From Octopus vulgaris (taxonomy: Eukaryota): a stretch of 64,000 bases of DNA. Shown here in pieces: positions 32,100 through 46,313 of this stretch. The stretch is from NCBI GenBank assembly GCA_951406725.2, contig OX597824.1, positions 80,662,001 through 80,726,000 of the forward strand, written 5' to 3'. Under the pieces are notes generated by a model. That model searched no databases and was not told the DNA's origin. It saw only the letters and a list, made by a program, of their open reading frames with translations. Made by a program: the position numbers and the translations under genes. Position 1 is the first letter of the stretch. Every line of letters starts with the position of its first letter.

Positions 32100-32104
32100 A
32101 AAAC

Positions 32105-32181
<77 letters not shown>

Positions 32182-32248
32182 CAATGCTGCAAATACAACT
32201 AGTAAAAGTAGCAGTAGTTGTACTAGTAGCAGCAGAAGAAGAAGAAGA

Positions 32249-32282
<34 letters not shown>

Positions 32283-32300
32283 GTAGTATTACTACTACCA

Positions 32301-32366
<66 letters not shown>

Positions 32367-32452
32367 ATACTACTACTATTACTATAATAATATAATAATA
32401 ATAATAATAGTAAGAACAAATATGATAATGATAATAATCAAAATGATGATGG

Positions 32453-32499
<47 letters not shown>

Positions 32500-32875
32500 G
32501 TGATGATGATGGTGATGATGATGATTTTCATTATAATCATTATGATGATGATAATGATAAGCATGACAGTGATGATGATGATGATGATGATGATAATGAT
32601 GATGATGATGGTTGTGGTGATGATGGTGATAATGATGATGATAATGATTTTGATGATGACGACAATGATATGCATGACGGTGATGATAATGATAATGACG
32701 ACGATGATGATGATGATGATGATGATGATGACGACGATGATGATGATGATGATGGTGACGTCTACAACGACGACGACGACGATGATAATAACAACAGCAA
32801 AAACAACAGCAGCAAGAACAACAACAAAACAACAACAAAACCAACAACAACAACATCAACAATAACGATTATAAT
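32100..32875. repeat. Compound (GAT)/(TAG)/(CTA)/(AAC) array
   Basis: Read directly. Confidence 0.93.
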
Positions 32876-33566
32876 AATGGAGGTGGGGGGGGAGAGAGAG
32901 TGCTTTTTTCGGTGACAGGAGCAGGGACGGTTACAAGGACAAATTACACAAACGGTGTGTTTGGTGTACACCTAGAGTTATAGAGAATATGATGCCAAAT
33001 AAAAAAAAAACAAACACAATATGGAAAAAAACAAACAATAACTGGAGAGGGGATGATGGTGGTGGTGGTGCTGGTGGTGGTGCTGGTGGTGGAGGAGGAA
33101 GAAGTGAGCAAGATTACAAGGACAAGTTTCAATGATAACTGGTTTTGGCGAAACGGTAAAAGACGTTTAATATCATGCACCATGGAGCAATAAGGTTGTC
33201 TTTTGAGAGTAACTTTAATTCCTATTGTGCGTATCCAGCCAAAGACTTGCTCATGCGCAACAGTGTATGAATATGTATGCATGTATGCATGTATGTATTA
33301 ATGTATGTATGTATGTACGTATGTATGTATGTATGTATGTATGTACGTATGTATATATGTATGTATGTGTATATGTATCTATGTATGTACTTACGTACAT
33401 ATTTATGTATGTATATATTGTATGTATGTACGTACGTTTGTATGTATATATGTATATTTGTATATATGTATGTATATATGCATGTATGTATGTATGTATG
33501 TATGTATGTATGTATGTATGTATGTATGTATGTATGTATGTATGTATGTATGTATGTGTGTATATA

Positions 33567-33732
33567 GGCGTAGGAGTGGCTGTATGGTAAGTAGCTTTTT
33601 TACCAACTACATGGTTCCGGGTTCAGTCCCACTGCGTGGCACCTTGGGCTGGTGTCTTCTACTATAGCCTCGGGCCGACCAAAGCCTTGTGAGTGGATTT
33701 GGTAGACGGAAACTGAAAGAAGCCCGTCGTAT

Positions 33733-33789
<57 letters not shown>

Positions 33790-34130
33790 TACAAAATTAG
33801 AAAATGGAGAAACATACTTAAATCAATCAAACAGCAGTATATTGGATATATGTTATCCCATGGTGGGTTGAATTTTCAACCCCTATCTCATTTTATAATA
33901 TATATATATATGTAGGTGTGTGTATATGTTTGTGTGTCTGTGTTTGTCCCCCGAACATCGCTTGACAACTGATGCTGTTGTGTTTACATCCCCGTAACTT
34001 AGTGGTTCAGTAAAAGAAACCGATAGAATAAGTACTAGGCTTACAAAGAATAAGTCCTGGGGTCCATTTGCTCGACTAAAGGCGGTGCTCCAGCATGGCC
34101 ACAGTCAAGTGACTGAAACAAGTAAAAGAA
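33567..34130 (+). mobile_element. SINE A with a ~105-bp foreign insertion (33788-33897) in its internal (AT)n
   Basis: Head 33567-33730 and tail 33915-34130 match other copies. Confidence 0.85.
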
Positions 34131-34181
34131 TAAATAGTACGTTCGTACGTACGTACGCATGTATGTATGTATGTATGTATG

Positions 34182-34212
<31 letters not shown>

Positions 34213-34347
34213 GTATGTCTGTGTATATGTGTGTATGCATATATCAACACACAAACACACACGTACGCAAAGAATCGTTCAAGTACATATTAATAATCAT
34301 ACATAAAAGCATATATATATATATATGTATATGTATGTATGTATATA

Positions 34348-34630
34348 GTGGAGGCTTAGTGGTTAGAGCCACGGACACGCGGTCGAGGGATCGTGGGTTC
34401 GAATCTCAGACCGGGCGATGTGTGTGTTCATAAGCGAAACACCTAAGCTCCACGCGGCTCCGGCAGAAGGTAATGGCGAACTTCTGCTGACTCTTTCGCT
34501 ACAACTTTCTCTCCCTCTTTCCTCCTGCATCTTGCAGCTCACCAGCGATGGACAGGTAGGGAACCTATACGCCAAGGAAACCGGGAAACCGGCCCTATAA
34601 GTCATGCTCGAGAACAACAACAACAACAAC
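34348..34630 (+). mobile_element. SINE B2 with (CAA)n tail
   Basis: tRNA-like head with ggttcgaatctc; matches 38087-38418. Confidence 0.85.
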
Positions 34631-34644
34631 ATATATGTATATAA

Positions 34645-34993
34645 TGGAGGCGCAATGGCCCAGTGCTTAGGGCAGTGGATTCGCGGTTGTAGGAGAGCAA
34701 TTTCGATTCCCAGACCGGACGTTATGAGTGTTTATTGAGCAGAAACACTTAAAGCTCCACGAGGCTCCGGCAGGGGGTCGTAGCAAACCCTGCTGTATTC
34801 TTTCACCACAACTTTCTCTCACACTTTCTTCCTGTTTCTGTTCCTGTTTCAAATGGCCAGCCTTGTCACCCACTCTGTGTCATGCTGAATCTCCCTGAGA
34901 ACTACGTCAGAGGTACACGGGTCTGTGGAGTGCTCAGCCACTTGCACGTTAATCGGATCAACTGGATCACTCGTCGGCGTAACCGATGGAGTG
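34645..34993 (+). mobile_element. SINE B, full length
   Basis: Matches 10040-10418 and 37387-37769. Confidence 0.85.
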
Positions 34994-35094
34994 TCAAGAT
35001 TTGTATATTTATACAATGCGCATGCGCGAAATTGAAAATATGAAATCGCAACAATTTACCCATCACACATTATATGTGTCAGTGTGTGTGTGTG

Positions 35095-35131
<37 letters not shown>

Positions 35132-35244
35132 ATCTCTCTGTATACATGCATATATATATATATGCATGTATTCAGAGAGGTAGATCTACATATTTATATA
35201 TATATATATATATGTATATATCTACACACACACTAAAACACATA

Positions 35245-35890
35245 GAGGGTGTGATGGTTAAATTGTCACCATTTAAAATTTTCAATTTCTTGCATGCGCA
35301 TTATTTTTGATTTAGTCGACTACGCAGTATAGTACGGTCAATTGGGTACTGTCTTTAAGAAGAACGGCTGCATGACGCAATTCTCTTTGCCAGAAATCTG
35401 GAAATGACATGCTGTACTGCTTGGCATTCGTGCCGTAAGCTCTACTAAGAACATTTGGGAGTGCTTGGGTATTCATCTGAGGAGAGGGCAATCTGAGAAT
35501 ATGTACCGAGAGTGATAAAAATCAAATATGAAATCAACATCATGGTGTTTGGAGTGAACACTGGTGATGGCGACGTTATGCCTTCATTCATCATCCCAAA
35601 CGGAGGCCTACATCAAGTGCCTGGAGGAGGTGTGTTGCTCTGGGTCAAGAGGGTGGCTGCTGGAACACTCTATGCCTGGCAACAGGACTCTACACCATGT
35701 CACACAAGCAGGAGAACCCAGTCATTGCTGTCAGATCACTTCTGCGATCTCATCACCCCTAACGTCTGGCCAGCTAACTCCCCAGACTGCAACCCCCTCT
35801 ATTATTATGTGTGGGGCGCAGTTGAGCGAGAGACCAACAAAACTCCTTGTAATGAACTGAAGGCAAGTAAAGCAGCATTCAACAACTTTT
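35245..35890 (+). mobile_element. Internally deleted Tc1/mariner-superfamily element of the DD37D (maT) type
   Basis: ORF 35512-35952 has MVFGV..DGDVMP, WQQDSTPCHTS, WPANSPDCNPLYYYVWG; terminus-like gagggtgtgatgg follows TA. Confidence 0.75.
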
Positions 35891-35965
35891 ATATCTCAGT
35901 CAAAAAGGACAACAGCTCTTATATCCCCAATCACTCCTTATACTATCGGTGAATGCCGTAGACAT

Positions 35966-36038
35966 AGGTTAGGTTCCAGATCAGCCTTGATTGTCAAACC
36001 TGGCTGATGACAGTCAAGTCTGATCTGGAACCCAACCT
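35966..36038. other. 73-nt hairpin: 31-bp stem and 11-nt loop
   Basis: aggttaggttccagatcagccttgattgtca pairs with tgacagtcaagtctgatctggaacccaacct: 28 Watson-Crick pairs, 1 G:U, 2 mismatches. Confidence 0.9.
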
Positions 36039-36387
36039 GAGGAGTGGTTGGAGATCACGCGGTCGTTAGCCTAATATCACCAGGCCTGGATCGGCACTTT
36101 GAGGCTGAATGAAGCAGCATTGAGGATGAATGAAGCCAGCTCAACACACGCCCGTGTGAATGCTGTCTCAAGACAAGACAAGATATAAAGAAAACCGTCC
36201 AGAATAGTTACGGGAGATTCCGATGTCGTCAGGAGGTCGTGGTTTAAGCCAATGACGATTTTATTGAACAAATTTACTTTTTCGTACTTCAGAATATTCT
36301 TATTTAATTTTGGTAAATATATATGTTAAAATGTGATGTCAGTGTCATTTTCATTCTTGTGTAATTTTGGCGACAGTTTATTCACCA

Positions 36388-36456
<69 letters not shown>

Positions 36457-37386
36457 CATATATACATACATATATACACACATACAAATATATATATACA
36501 TACATAAATGAATGCCTATATATGCACATAAATGTACGTAAATGTATATATATTGGTGTGTGTGTATGTGTGTGTGTTTACATAAATATAATATGCGTAT
36601 AAATAAATGCATGTGTATGTGTTTTTAAGTATGTCTGTATGTATAGGCAAACAAAACATAGACAGACACGTGCACACGCTCCCGCACGCGCGCACACACA
36701 CACATACACTCACACACATTCACACACACACACGCACATGCAATTTTGTCTGCGAAACGTTTAATTTTCGTATGGGTGTGTACGTAAGATAATATTTAGT
36801 TTATCTGTCTGCCTCAGAAATTTATGTCATATCCAGACACGTTGGTATGAAGCCTTTTAGATTTGATTTCAGCTTTTATCTAAAATAGGATTTATTCGTG
36901 TCTGACTTTCGGTACTAATAGTGCAACCATATCCTTAACCGTTTTGTATTCTTGGCTTTCTACAATCACAGCTGGCAGAGGCGTTATAATTTCTTCGCTT
37001 CAGTTCTGATCGCGGGAGACATATGATCAACATGTTGCTCCGTTTTTAAGACGAATGCCTGGCCCATGTCTATACTTAATGGATTGCAGAGTTGCACATC
37101 TCTTCTTTAATTAATTGAGCTTTCCTTTTCCTATGGAGCGAAGAACATTGACGACGTTTCTCCAACCCTTAGCCTGTTTTTTTCCCCCTTTTTTGTGTTT
37201 CGTTCCTTTTGCATCCCTGCTCCTTTTCGGATTTTTCTGCGCGGCGTCATTTGCTTCCAGGAGGGAAGATTTTCTCTCTCTCAGATCTTGTTAGTTCTGA
37301 ATTGTCATCGCTGCTTCTGCAAGTTCGCTTTTTTGTTAGGTAGGTTTATCGACCTTACGCAAACCATTCTTACATCTGGAAGGAAG

Positions 37387-37769
37387 GAGCACTCCGTCGG
37401 TTGCGACGAAGAGGGTCCCAGCTGATACGATCAACGGAACAACTTGCTCGTGATATTAACGTGCAAGTGGCTGAGAACTCCACAGACACGTGTACCCTTA
37501 ACGTAGTTCTCGAGGAGATTCAGCGTGACACACAGAATGTGTTAAGGCTGGCCCTTTGAAATACAGGTACAAGAGAAACAGGAAGAAAGAGCGAGAGAAA
37601 GTTGTGGTGAAAGAGTACAGCAGGGTTCACCACCAGCCCCTGCCGGAGCCTCGTGGAGCTTTAGGTGTTTTTGCTCAATAAACACTCTCAATGCCCGGTC
37701 TGGGAATCGAAACCGCGATCCTATGACCGCGAGTCCGCTGCCCTAACCACTGGGCCATTGCGCCTCCAC
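37387..37769 (-). mobile_element. SINE B, full length, with a perfect 12-bp TSD
   Basis: tctggaaggaag at 37375-37386 and 37770-37781. Confidence 0.92.
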
Positions 37770-38086
37770 TCTGGAAGGAAGTGGACCATATTAGTCAGGT
37801 CCCTGTATTGATATCTCCAGCATAGGAAACCTACCAGGAGCTCGCACGCCGCTGTAATATCTCTCAGGTCACTGAGGCACGCAAGCCGCAGCACTACAGC
37901 AGTTGCTGGGCCTTGTGGTGGGTAGCTGATCTTCGATCTGAGAATACTTTGCTCCTTTTCTTTTAATCAGTTCATAGGGCTTCGATAAAGGGTAACAACT
38001 GTTGTCCTTTTTGACTGAGATATAAAATGAGGGTTTTCAGCTATAAAATTCCGATCTTGAAAATAATGCGACTAATTTCTTTTATG

Positions 38087-38418
38087 TGGAGGCACATGGC
38101 CTAGTGGTTAGAGCAGCGGACTCGCGGTCGAGAGATCGCGGGGTCGAATCTCAGACGGGGCCTGTTTATGAGCGAAAACCTAAGCTCCACGCGGCTCCGG
38201 CAGAAGGTAATTGCGAACTTCTGCTCGTAATGGCAGAAGGTAATGGCGAACTTCTGCTGACTCTTTCGCCACAACATTCTCTCACTTTTTCCTTCATCTC
38301 GCAGCTCACCTGCGACAGACCGGCGTCCCGTACAGGTGGGGAACCTATATACCAAGGAAACCGAGAAGCCGGCCATATGAGCCAGGCGTGGCTCTAGAAG
38401 GTACAAGCAACAACAACT
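38087..38418 (+). mobile_element. SINE B2 with an internal tandem duplication
   Basis: ggcagaaggtaat(t/g)gcgaacttctgct occurs twice; (CAA)n tail. Confidence 0.85.
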
Positions 38419-38869
38419 ACAAACTTCTTTTATACCTCCAAGTCAATAATATAGTTAAATATTTTAACCTCATCTTTTTTAACATTCGAGCATAACACTA
38501 CCCATATCTTGTATCATGTTTCTTGCATGATAAATATGGAGGGCTTTGGTTTCATGATGATTTCGCTGTTCCGTCAAGAAGCCTACGTAGTTTTTACGGC
38601 GTTCCGAGTGTGACCGATCTGAATTTTTTCTGGCATATAATGCTATGGATTAATTTATCAGATTTGGCTGAGTTACTTTTCAATGACTCAGTGAAAAGAG
38701 AAAGGATATCATCCGTGAAACGTTCTAGGATCCAGGAGATTGCTGAAAGAAAATCGAGAAATTTACCCCAGAGATTAGCCCTGAATACTTGTGAGAGATA
38801 GGACTTTAGTAAATTTGATGGTAGAATCGGGCTACAAATTCAGTTTGCCATGCAAGAACAGCAATAGTC

Positions 38870-39024
<155 letters not shown>

Positions 39025-40936
39025 ATTCCATTCACAGGGCTTTGGCGATTAAGAATTTACAGTAGAAGATTGATGTCTGGCGTGTTGCGCAGAGACATCG
39101 ATTTCAAAGCCACGTAGTCGCAAAGCAAATATTTTACCGGGAAAACTACGTCAGGCCAGCTGAAGGTTCACATTGGTTGAAATTTCTCTTAGATAACATG
39201 ACAACGCTCACAATGTCTCAGCTGATCGAGAAAGTGGCTATGTGTATATGATTTTAAACAGAAGTATTCGCGTTAGTTCGCAACTTTAGCTCTAGAGGGC
39301 GTTAAACAGCTGCTATAACTAATGCACTTTAAACGATGACATGGTATTGGAAACCTCTGTGTTATCGCAAGACTAGATGCTGATGTAAAAGCTCTCTCAA
39401 ATGGTATTTTACTCTCTAACATGAAAAAAGTTTGTATCAAGAACTATTAATTCCTCCATGAACTGAAAACAAGTGCCACCGATAAACCGTGAATTCCTGA
39501 TTTACATTTTACGATATATCTTTTAGAATGATCCTCCAGTAATAGGCAAACATGGGTTTCCTTGCTGATATGTTTGTGCATATAAGCATTAACATGAAAC
39601 GAGAATGGCGTACATGCTCAGAAAATGTAGAACGTAATGATATTCAACCGACACTGGTTGAAATTAAAATATGGCTTCCTATGTTGGAGATACGATCATG
39701 TTTTCGATCTTACATATGAATGACATCCTTGGAGTTTGTGAAAAGTCAGTTGCTAGGATTTCGACCGACCTTTTCTTTTCAGAATTCGATACATTGAAAA
39801 TCTTGGATTAAAAATCTAGTCTTAGAAATCGTTGAAACGAAAGCTTTCGAAATTCAACGGGGGAAAATTGATATGAAAGAAATCAATCACAATATTATAA
39901 GGAATTATAAATAACACTCTCTTCGCAGCTTTTTGATCTTGATTAAAAGAAAAAGAATGTAAAAAAAGCGTTTGTCCAAAATAAATAAATAAATAAGGAA
40001 CTGAATGAGAAAGGCAGCCATTTTTTTTTTATTAGTTTTCAAATTCCTGGCTCTTAGACTACGAATTCTCAGTCTTAATGTAAAAGAACAAAAATAAACA
40101 AGACTAGGCAGATGACACGAGAGCGTATTTGTTAAACATCCAACTTCTGATTGCTAAAATTTGGCAAAACCATCAGGGACAAGTTCTCCCACTGAGCGCG
40201 TCAGAAAAATTCTTGTTTTACTCTTCTTAATACTTCTTTAAATGACCCATGAATCAGCAGTAAAAATGTAATACATTTTATTTAATGGTAACAAATATCG
40301 GTTATTTAGCTACATAAATTCAAGACACATTCATTCCCCCCACCGTCACGCTTGCAATTTTGTTTACTGTTAGAATGGTATTTGCTGGGGATGAGAAGAG
40401 GAGCGGGGGGAAGAAATGTGATACCCAGAAAAGTTATATACGTAATAAAGTGTACCATAAAACCAAACTAAAACAAATCGTTCTAAAATAAGCACCATTG
40501 ATAGACAGGTACGAGTATTTGTTAGCTAGATTAGTTTAGTTCTAATTGAGGGGACCTTTGAGCAATGACTTTCACATTTGGCCATCCCATCAATTTGAAT
40601 ACCAATTTGAATATGGTCTAACGAGCCGTTCATTTATTTCTTCAAGACATTTATATATGTCAGTCATAAAACGAGGATTCATAAGGCCGGAGTTTAATTC
40701 GGTTTCCATGGCGAAAAGTGACTGACATAAAAAAAAAAATTCCCTCTTAAACGTCACACCAGTCAGTTGGAGGATTATCTTTGTAGCAGAGTGGACTGGA
40801 GTAACGGGAAAAGAATTCCTTTAGTCAAGAGTACAGGTGATCGCCCTTTCAAACCGTTTTGATGTTATATCACATAGAACCGTCTTGGTTATGATTCTTA
40901 CAATAGCATTTTGCTGAATCAGCCATAACTTCATAT

Positions 40937-41347
40937 ACTCTTTTACTCTTTCACTCTTTTACTTGTTTCAGTCATTTGACTGTGGCCATGCTGGAGCACC
41001 GCCTTTAATCGAGCAACTCGACCCCGGGACTTATTCTTTTTGTAAGCCCAGTACTTATTCTATCGGTCTCTTTTGCCGAACCGCTAAGTAACGGGGACAT
41101 AAACACACCAGCATCGGTTGTCAAGCAATGCTAGGGGGACAAACATGCACACACAAACAAACACACATACATATATATATATATACGACAGACTTCTTTC
41201 AGTTTCCGTCTACCAAATCCACTCACTAGGCATTGGTCGGCCCGGGGCTATAGCAGAAAACACTTGCCCAAGATGCCACGCAGTAGGACTGAACCCGGAC
41301 CATGTGGTTGGTTAGCAAGCTACTTACCACACAGCCACTCCTGCGCC
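40937..41347 (-). mobile_element. SINE A, full length
   Basis: Very similar to 14058-14478. Confidence 0.88.
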
Positions 41348-41405
41348 TATGGTTAACATATATACTTACAACTAGCATTTAGCCAAACCATCCAACGATA
41401 GAGTA

Positions 41406-41458
41406 GTTACTACTGATGAGTTCGTAATTTCCAAACGAAACTAGGCTAGTATAGGGAT
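41406..41458 (+). ncRNA. Type I hammerhead-ribozyme-like motif with canonical core
   Basis: cta-CTGATGA-gtt...aac-GAAA-ctag g ctag-TA-tag; palindromic stem III and GUA cleavage triplet; stems I and II short or decayed. Confidence 0.5.
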
Positions 41459-41641
41459 CTAGCTTCGCTGTAGGGCAGTTATCTCCCCTGTTAGTATACA
41501 AAAAATGTGCTTTCTTGCTGCGCTGAGGATTTTTAACACTTATTTCTAGCAATATAAGTAATACACGGCACCCTCAGTCACAGCGACAATTAAATAATTG
41601 TTCCATTTTGGTTTTATATTGCGTATAGCCACCGTCGTTAC

Positions 41642-41769
<128 letters not shown>

Positions 41770-41782
41770 GCATGTATATATT

Positions 41783-41946
41783 CGACGGGCTTCTTTCAGT
41801 TTCCGTCTACCAAATCCACTCACGTAGCTTTGGTCGGCCCGAGGCTATAGTGGAGGACAATTGCCCTTGGTACCACGCTGTGGGACTGAACCCGGAATCA
41901 TGTAGTTAGGAAGGAGACTTCTTACCACACACCCACGCCTGCGCCT
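41783..41946 (-). mobile_element. SINE A 5' half
   Basis: Matches the SINE A head. Confidence 0.82.
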
Positions 41947-42601
41947 GCATATATATATATATATATATATATATAAATGTATGTATGCATATATGTACGT
42001 ATGTATGTATGTATGTATGTATGTATGTATGTATGTATGTATGTATGTATGTATGTATGCATGCATGCTTGTATGTATGTATGTGTGTGAGTGTCTTTGT
42101 ATATATAACTTCTATTCACACGAGTCATCGCCTTGAGGACGTTCAATAAATCCTACGGAGACAATACTGTGACAGAAATAGTCAACGGTCGCATGACTTG
42201 CCTTAGTCAAAGTAGTCTGTTATTGAATATGAAAGTCTTTCGCTTCAATATGGTTTCCTTGAGGTTTTATGGGAAATAGTCATACGTTAGTCTCCAGTTA
42301 CACTAAAAATATTCGTAGCACAAGGGCCTGTATGATACTTTCCATATGTCGTTATACGAAACAGATTATACAGTACTTTTGTATTTATGTAATTATGCAT
42401 AGATAAATATATTGTATAGATATATTTAAGTGGATATATATGCGTGTGTAAGTGTATATCTAATAGCCGATATAGTATAATAAAATACATACCATGAAAA
42501 AGCTTATATGTATATGCATATTGTATACATACATATATTCACATACATACGCACACACACATACACATATAGCACACTCATACATACGTAGATGTATGTT
42601 A

Positions 42602-42642
<41 letters not shown>

Positions 42643-42724
42643 TACATACACATACATATGTTCACATGTATATGTAACACAAATATATAATATATATATA
42701 ATATATATGTGAATATATGTATGT

Positions 42725-42835
42725 ATATACATACATATATACATACATAAATATGTACGTAAGTACATACATAGATACATATACACATACATACATATAT
42801 ACATACATGCATGCATACAAACATACATACATCCA

Positions 42836-42879
<44 letters not shown>

Positions 42880-42990
42880 TGGATGTATGTATGTTTGTAT
42901 GCATGCATGTATGTATATATGTATGTATGTGTATATGTATCTATGTATGTACTTACGTACATATTTATGTATGTATATATGTATGTATAT
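42725..42990. repeat. About 266-bp perfect palindrome centred on (AT)n
   Basis: Left arm ...aaatatgtacgtaagtacatacatagatac...atccagacat is the reverse complement of right arm atgtctggat...gtatctatgtatgtacttacgtacatattt.... Confidence 0.88.
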
Positions 42991-43140
42991 GCATACATGT
43001 ATATGTATGTATATACATACATATATTCACACACATACGCACACACAAATACTCGTATAACACACTCATACATACGTAGATGTATGTTAGTATATATATA
43101 TACATATACATACATATGCTCACATGTATATGTAACACAA

Positions 43141-43195
<55 letters not shown>

Positions 43196-43224
43196 TATTA
43201 TACATATATATATATTATATATAT

Positions 43225-43277
<53 letters not shown>

Positions 43278-43658
43278 ATACGTGTGTATGTATGTATGTT
43301 TGTATGTATGCATGTATGTATGTATGTATCGGCACACAGAATTTAGGATTAAGAGTCGAATGATTAATGAATGTAGTTTGTGCTGTAGAATAGCTTTATT
43401 TCTTTATGATTTGAACGAAGCTGGATATTAATTCCCTGACATCTCGGAGTTTACATATATATACGTACGAATATATATATATATATATGTATGTACGTAC
43501 GAAGACATATATGCAGACGAACATACATATCTAAGTATTACGTTCATACAGGCAAACAATGTGGTCTTATTGGCACCTGTTTAAATACAAGCACTGGACA
43601 AAAATAATAGGAATCAACTGTTGAAACTTTATCTGAGGCATCTAAGAATAACAGAATT

Positions 43659-43707
<49 letters not shown>

Positions 43708-43786
43708 TGTGTCTACGTGTTGCATGTTTGTATGTATCTATATATTTATGGATATGCATACATACATACATACATACATATATATA

Positions 43787-43822
<36 letters not shown>

Positions 43823-44298
43823 TCTATGCGTATGCGTATCCATGAATATATGTATATGTATATATACCTGTGTACACAATTGTCAAACTCTTGAACTCTG
43901 CTCATATATTCTGCTTATCTACGCAACAACTTTTCTTCTATACTTTTTTGCTTTCTTTTTCATTCTGTGATATTCGCATTATTTTTCATACCAGCGCTCG
44001 TCAGAATAAAACATTTGTAAATCTCATTGTCTAACAACACTGAAATTTACTGTCTTATGTTTTTTTATTTATATTTTTCTCATGTTTCTCTTTTCTATGC
44101 CGTCATCTTTCAGGATTTATTTACAAATCTTGTGGTGTATATGTGCATTCGTATATACATATTTATATACATACATCACAGATATACAAACACATTAATT
44201 GCACATACCCAGACACAAGGTATACATACATTCATACATATATACATGCATACATATAATCATCCATCCATATATATGTAGATAGATACACCCACACC

Positions 44299-44341
<43 letters not shown>

Positions 44342-44487
44342 GCATATATATATTTACACATACTTACGTGCAAACGTACATTCATATATGTATATATGTA
44401 TGTATAATTATATATGTGATATGTACACAGAGGCATATCTATATGTGTGCATAGACATTTAGGAGGGTTTATATGTGTATATATGTG

Positions 44488-44540
<53 letters not shown>

Positions 44541-44579
44541 ACACTCACACACACATACAGACACACACACATATATACG

Positions 44580-44635
<56 letters not shown>

Positions 44636-44813
44636 CATATATATAGAGAGAGAGACATATATATAGTCAGATATATCTGTATGTGTACAAAAGTATATGT
44701 GTGTGTGTATATATATGTATATATAAAATATACATACAGGCAAGCAATCCAAAGACAATATACGTCTGTGAGTATGTGTGTATATCTAAATTCGTATATG
44801 TATATGTTTATAG

Positions 44814-44858
<45 letters not shown>

Positions 44859-45351
44859 TGTGTGTATGTACATATATCCCAGAAGTTTGTGTGTATCTGT
44901 GTACGTTTGTACGTAAATATAGGTGTGTATTTTCGCTTTTGTTTTCGCAATCAAATTTGAACAGCGTTCTGCACAGAAGGCAAAATGTCTGGAATCTGTT
45001 TCTAAATTTTGCCTCGCATTTTGTTCTTTCGGTTGTTGTTGTTGCTGATGATGATAAGGATGACGTTTCAGAAGCCATTGTTGCTGTTCTTGCTGTTGCT
45101 GCTGCTGTTGATGATTTCGGTGATGTTTCTATTGTTGTTATTATTATTATTATTTTCTTGCTATGCAAGTATATACCCGAAGTCATACACAAGGAGACAT
45201 CAAGATTCCATAATCATTCACATTGCACGTAGAGAAATATTCTTACAATATATATATTGCGATGATGATGTTGCCGACGCCGCAGCCGACGAAAAAAAAA
45301 CACGTCATAATGAGGATGTTGGCGTTCACGGCGAACGAAGCACTATAGGCA

Positions 45352-45388
45352 AATAATAATAATAATAATAATAGTAATAATAATAATG

Positions 45389-45460
<72 letters not shown>

Positions 45461-45472
45461 GTAATAATAATG

Positions 45473-45533
<61 letters not shown>

Positions 45534-45564
45534 GAAGAAGAAGAAGAAGAAGAAGAAGAATGAA

Positions 45565-45632
<68 letters not shown>

Positions 45633-45705
45633 GAAGAAGAAGAAGAAGAAGAAGAATAGTAATAATAAGAAGAAGAAGAAGAAGAAGAGGAAGGAGAAGA
45701 ATTGC

Positions 45706-45746
<41 letters not shown>

Positions 45747-45841
45747 TAATAATAATGATAATAATAATAATAATAACAATGATAATAATAATGATAATAA
45801 TAATGATAATAATGATAATAATAATGATAATAATAATAATG

Positions 45842-45908
<67 letters not shown>

Positions 45909-45912
45909 TAAT
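45352..45912. repeat. (AAT)n/(AAG)n array
   Basis: Read directly. Confidence 0.95.
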
Positions 45913-46127
45913 AACAAAAGAAGACAATAGGAACACTAAGAAGATTATAAAGAGGCTGAAAATATGAAATCATGAAAATAGGTTTGAGGCAAAAATGTTT
46001 TTAATATACAAAAGTCAGGGAAATTGAATGAAGAAAAGAGATATCTTCAAAAGAACACACACACACACACGTGCATGTATGTACATATATATATATATAT
46101 ATGTATGTATGTATGTTTGTATGTATG

Positions 46128-46186
<59 letters not shown>

Positions 46187-46282
46187 TACTACTTTAATCC
46201 ATATATGTATCGCATTATTTTATAACCAGTTAATGTATATATATGTGGACATATCTGTGTGTGTGTGTGTGTGAGAGTTTGT

Positions 46283-46313
<31 letters not shown>

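Noticed and set aside
38523-38801. 92-aa ORF of normal composition
   Set aside because: No recognisable motif or splice context; length is within chance expectation.
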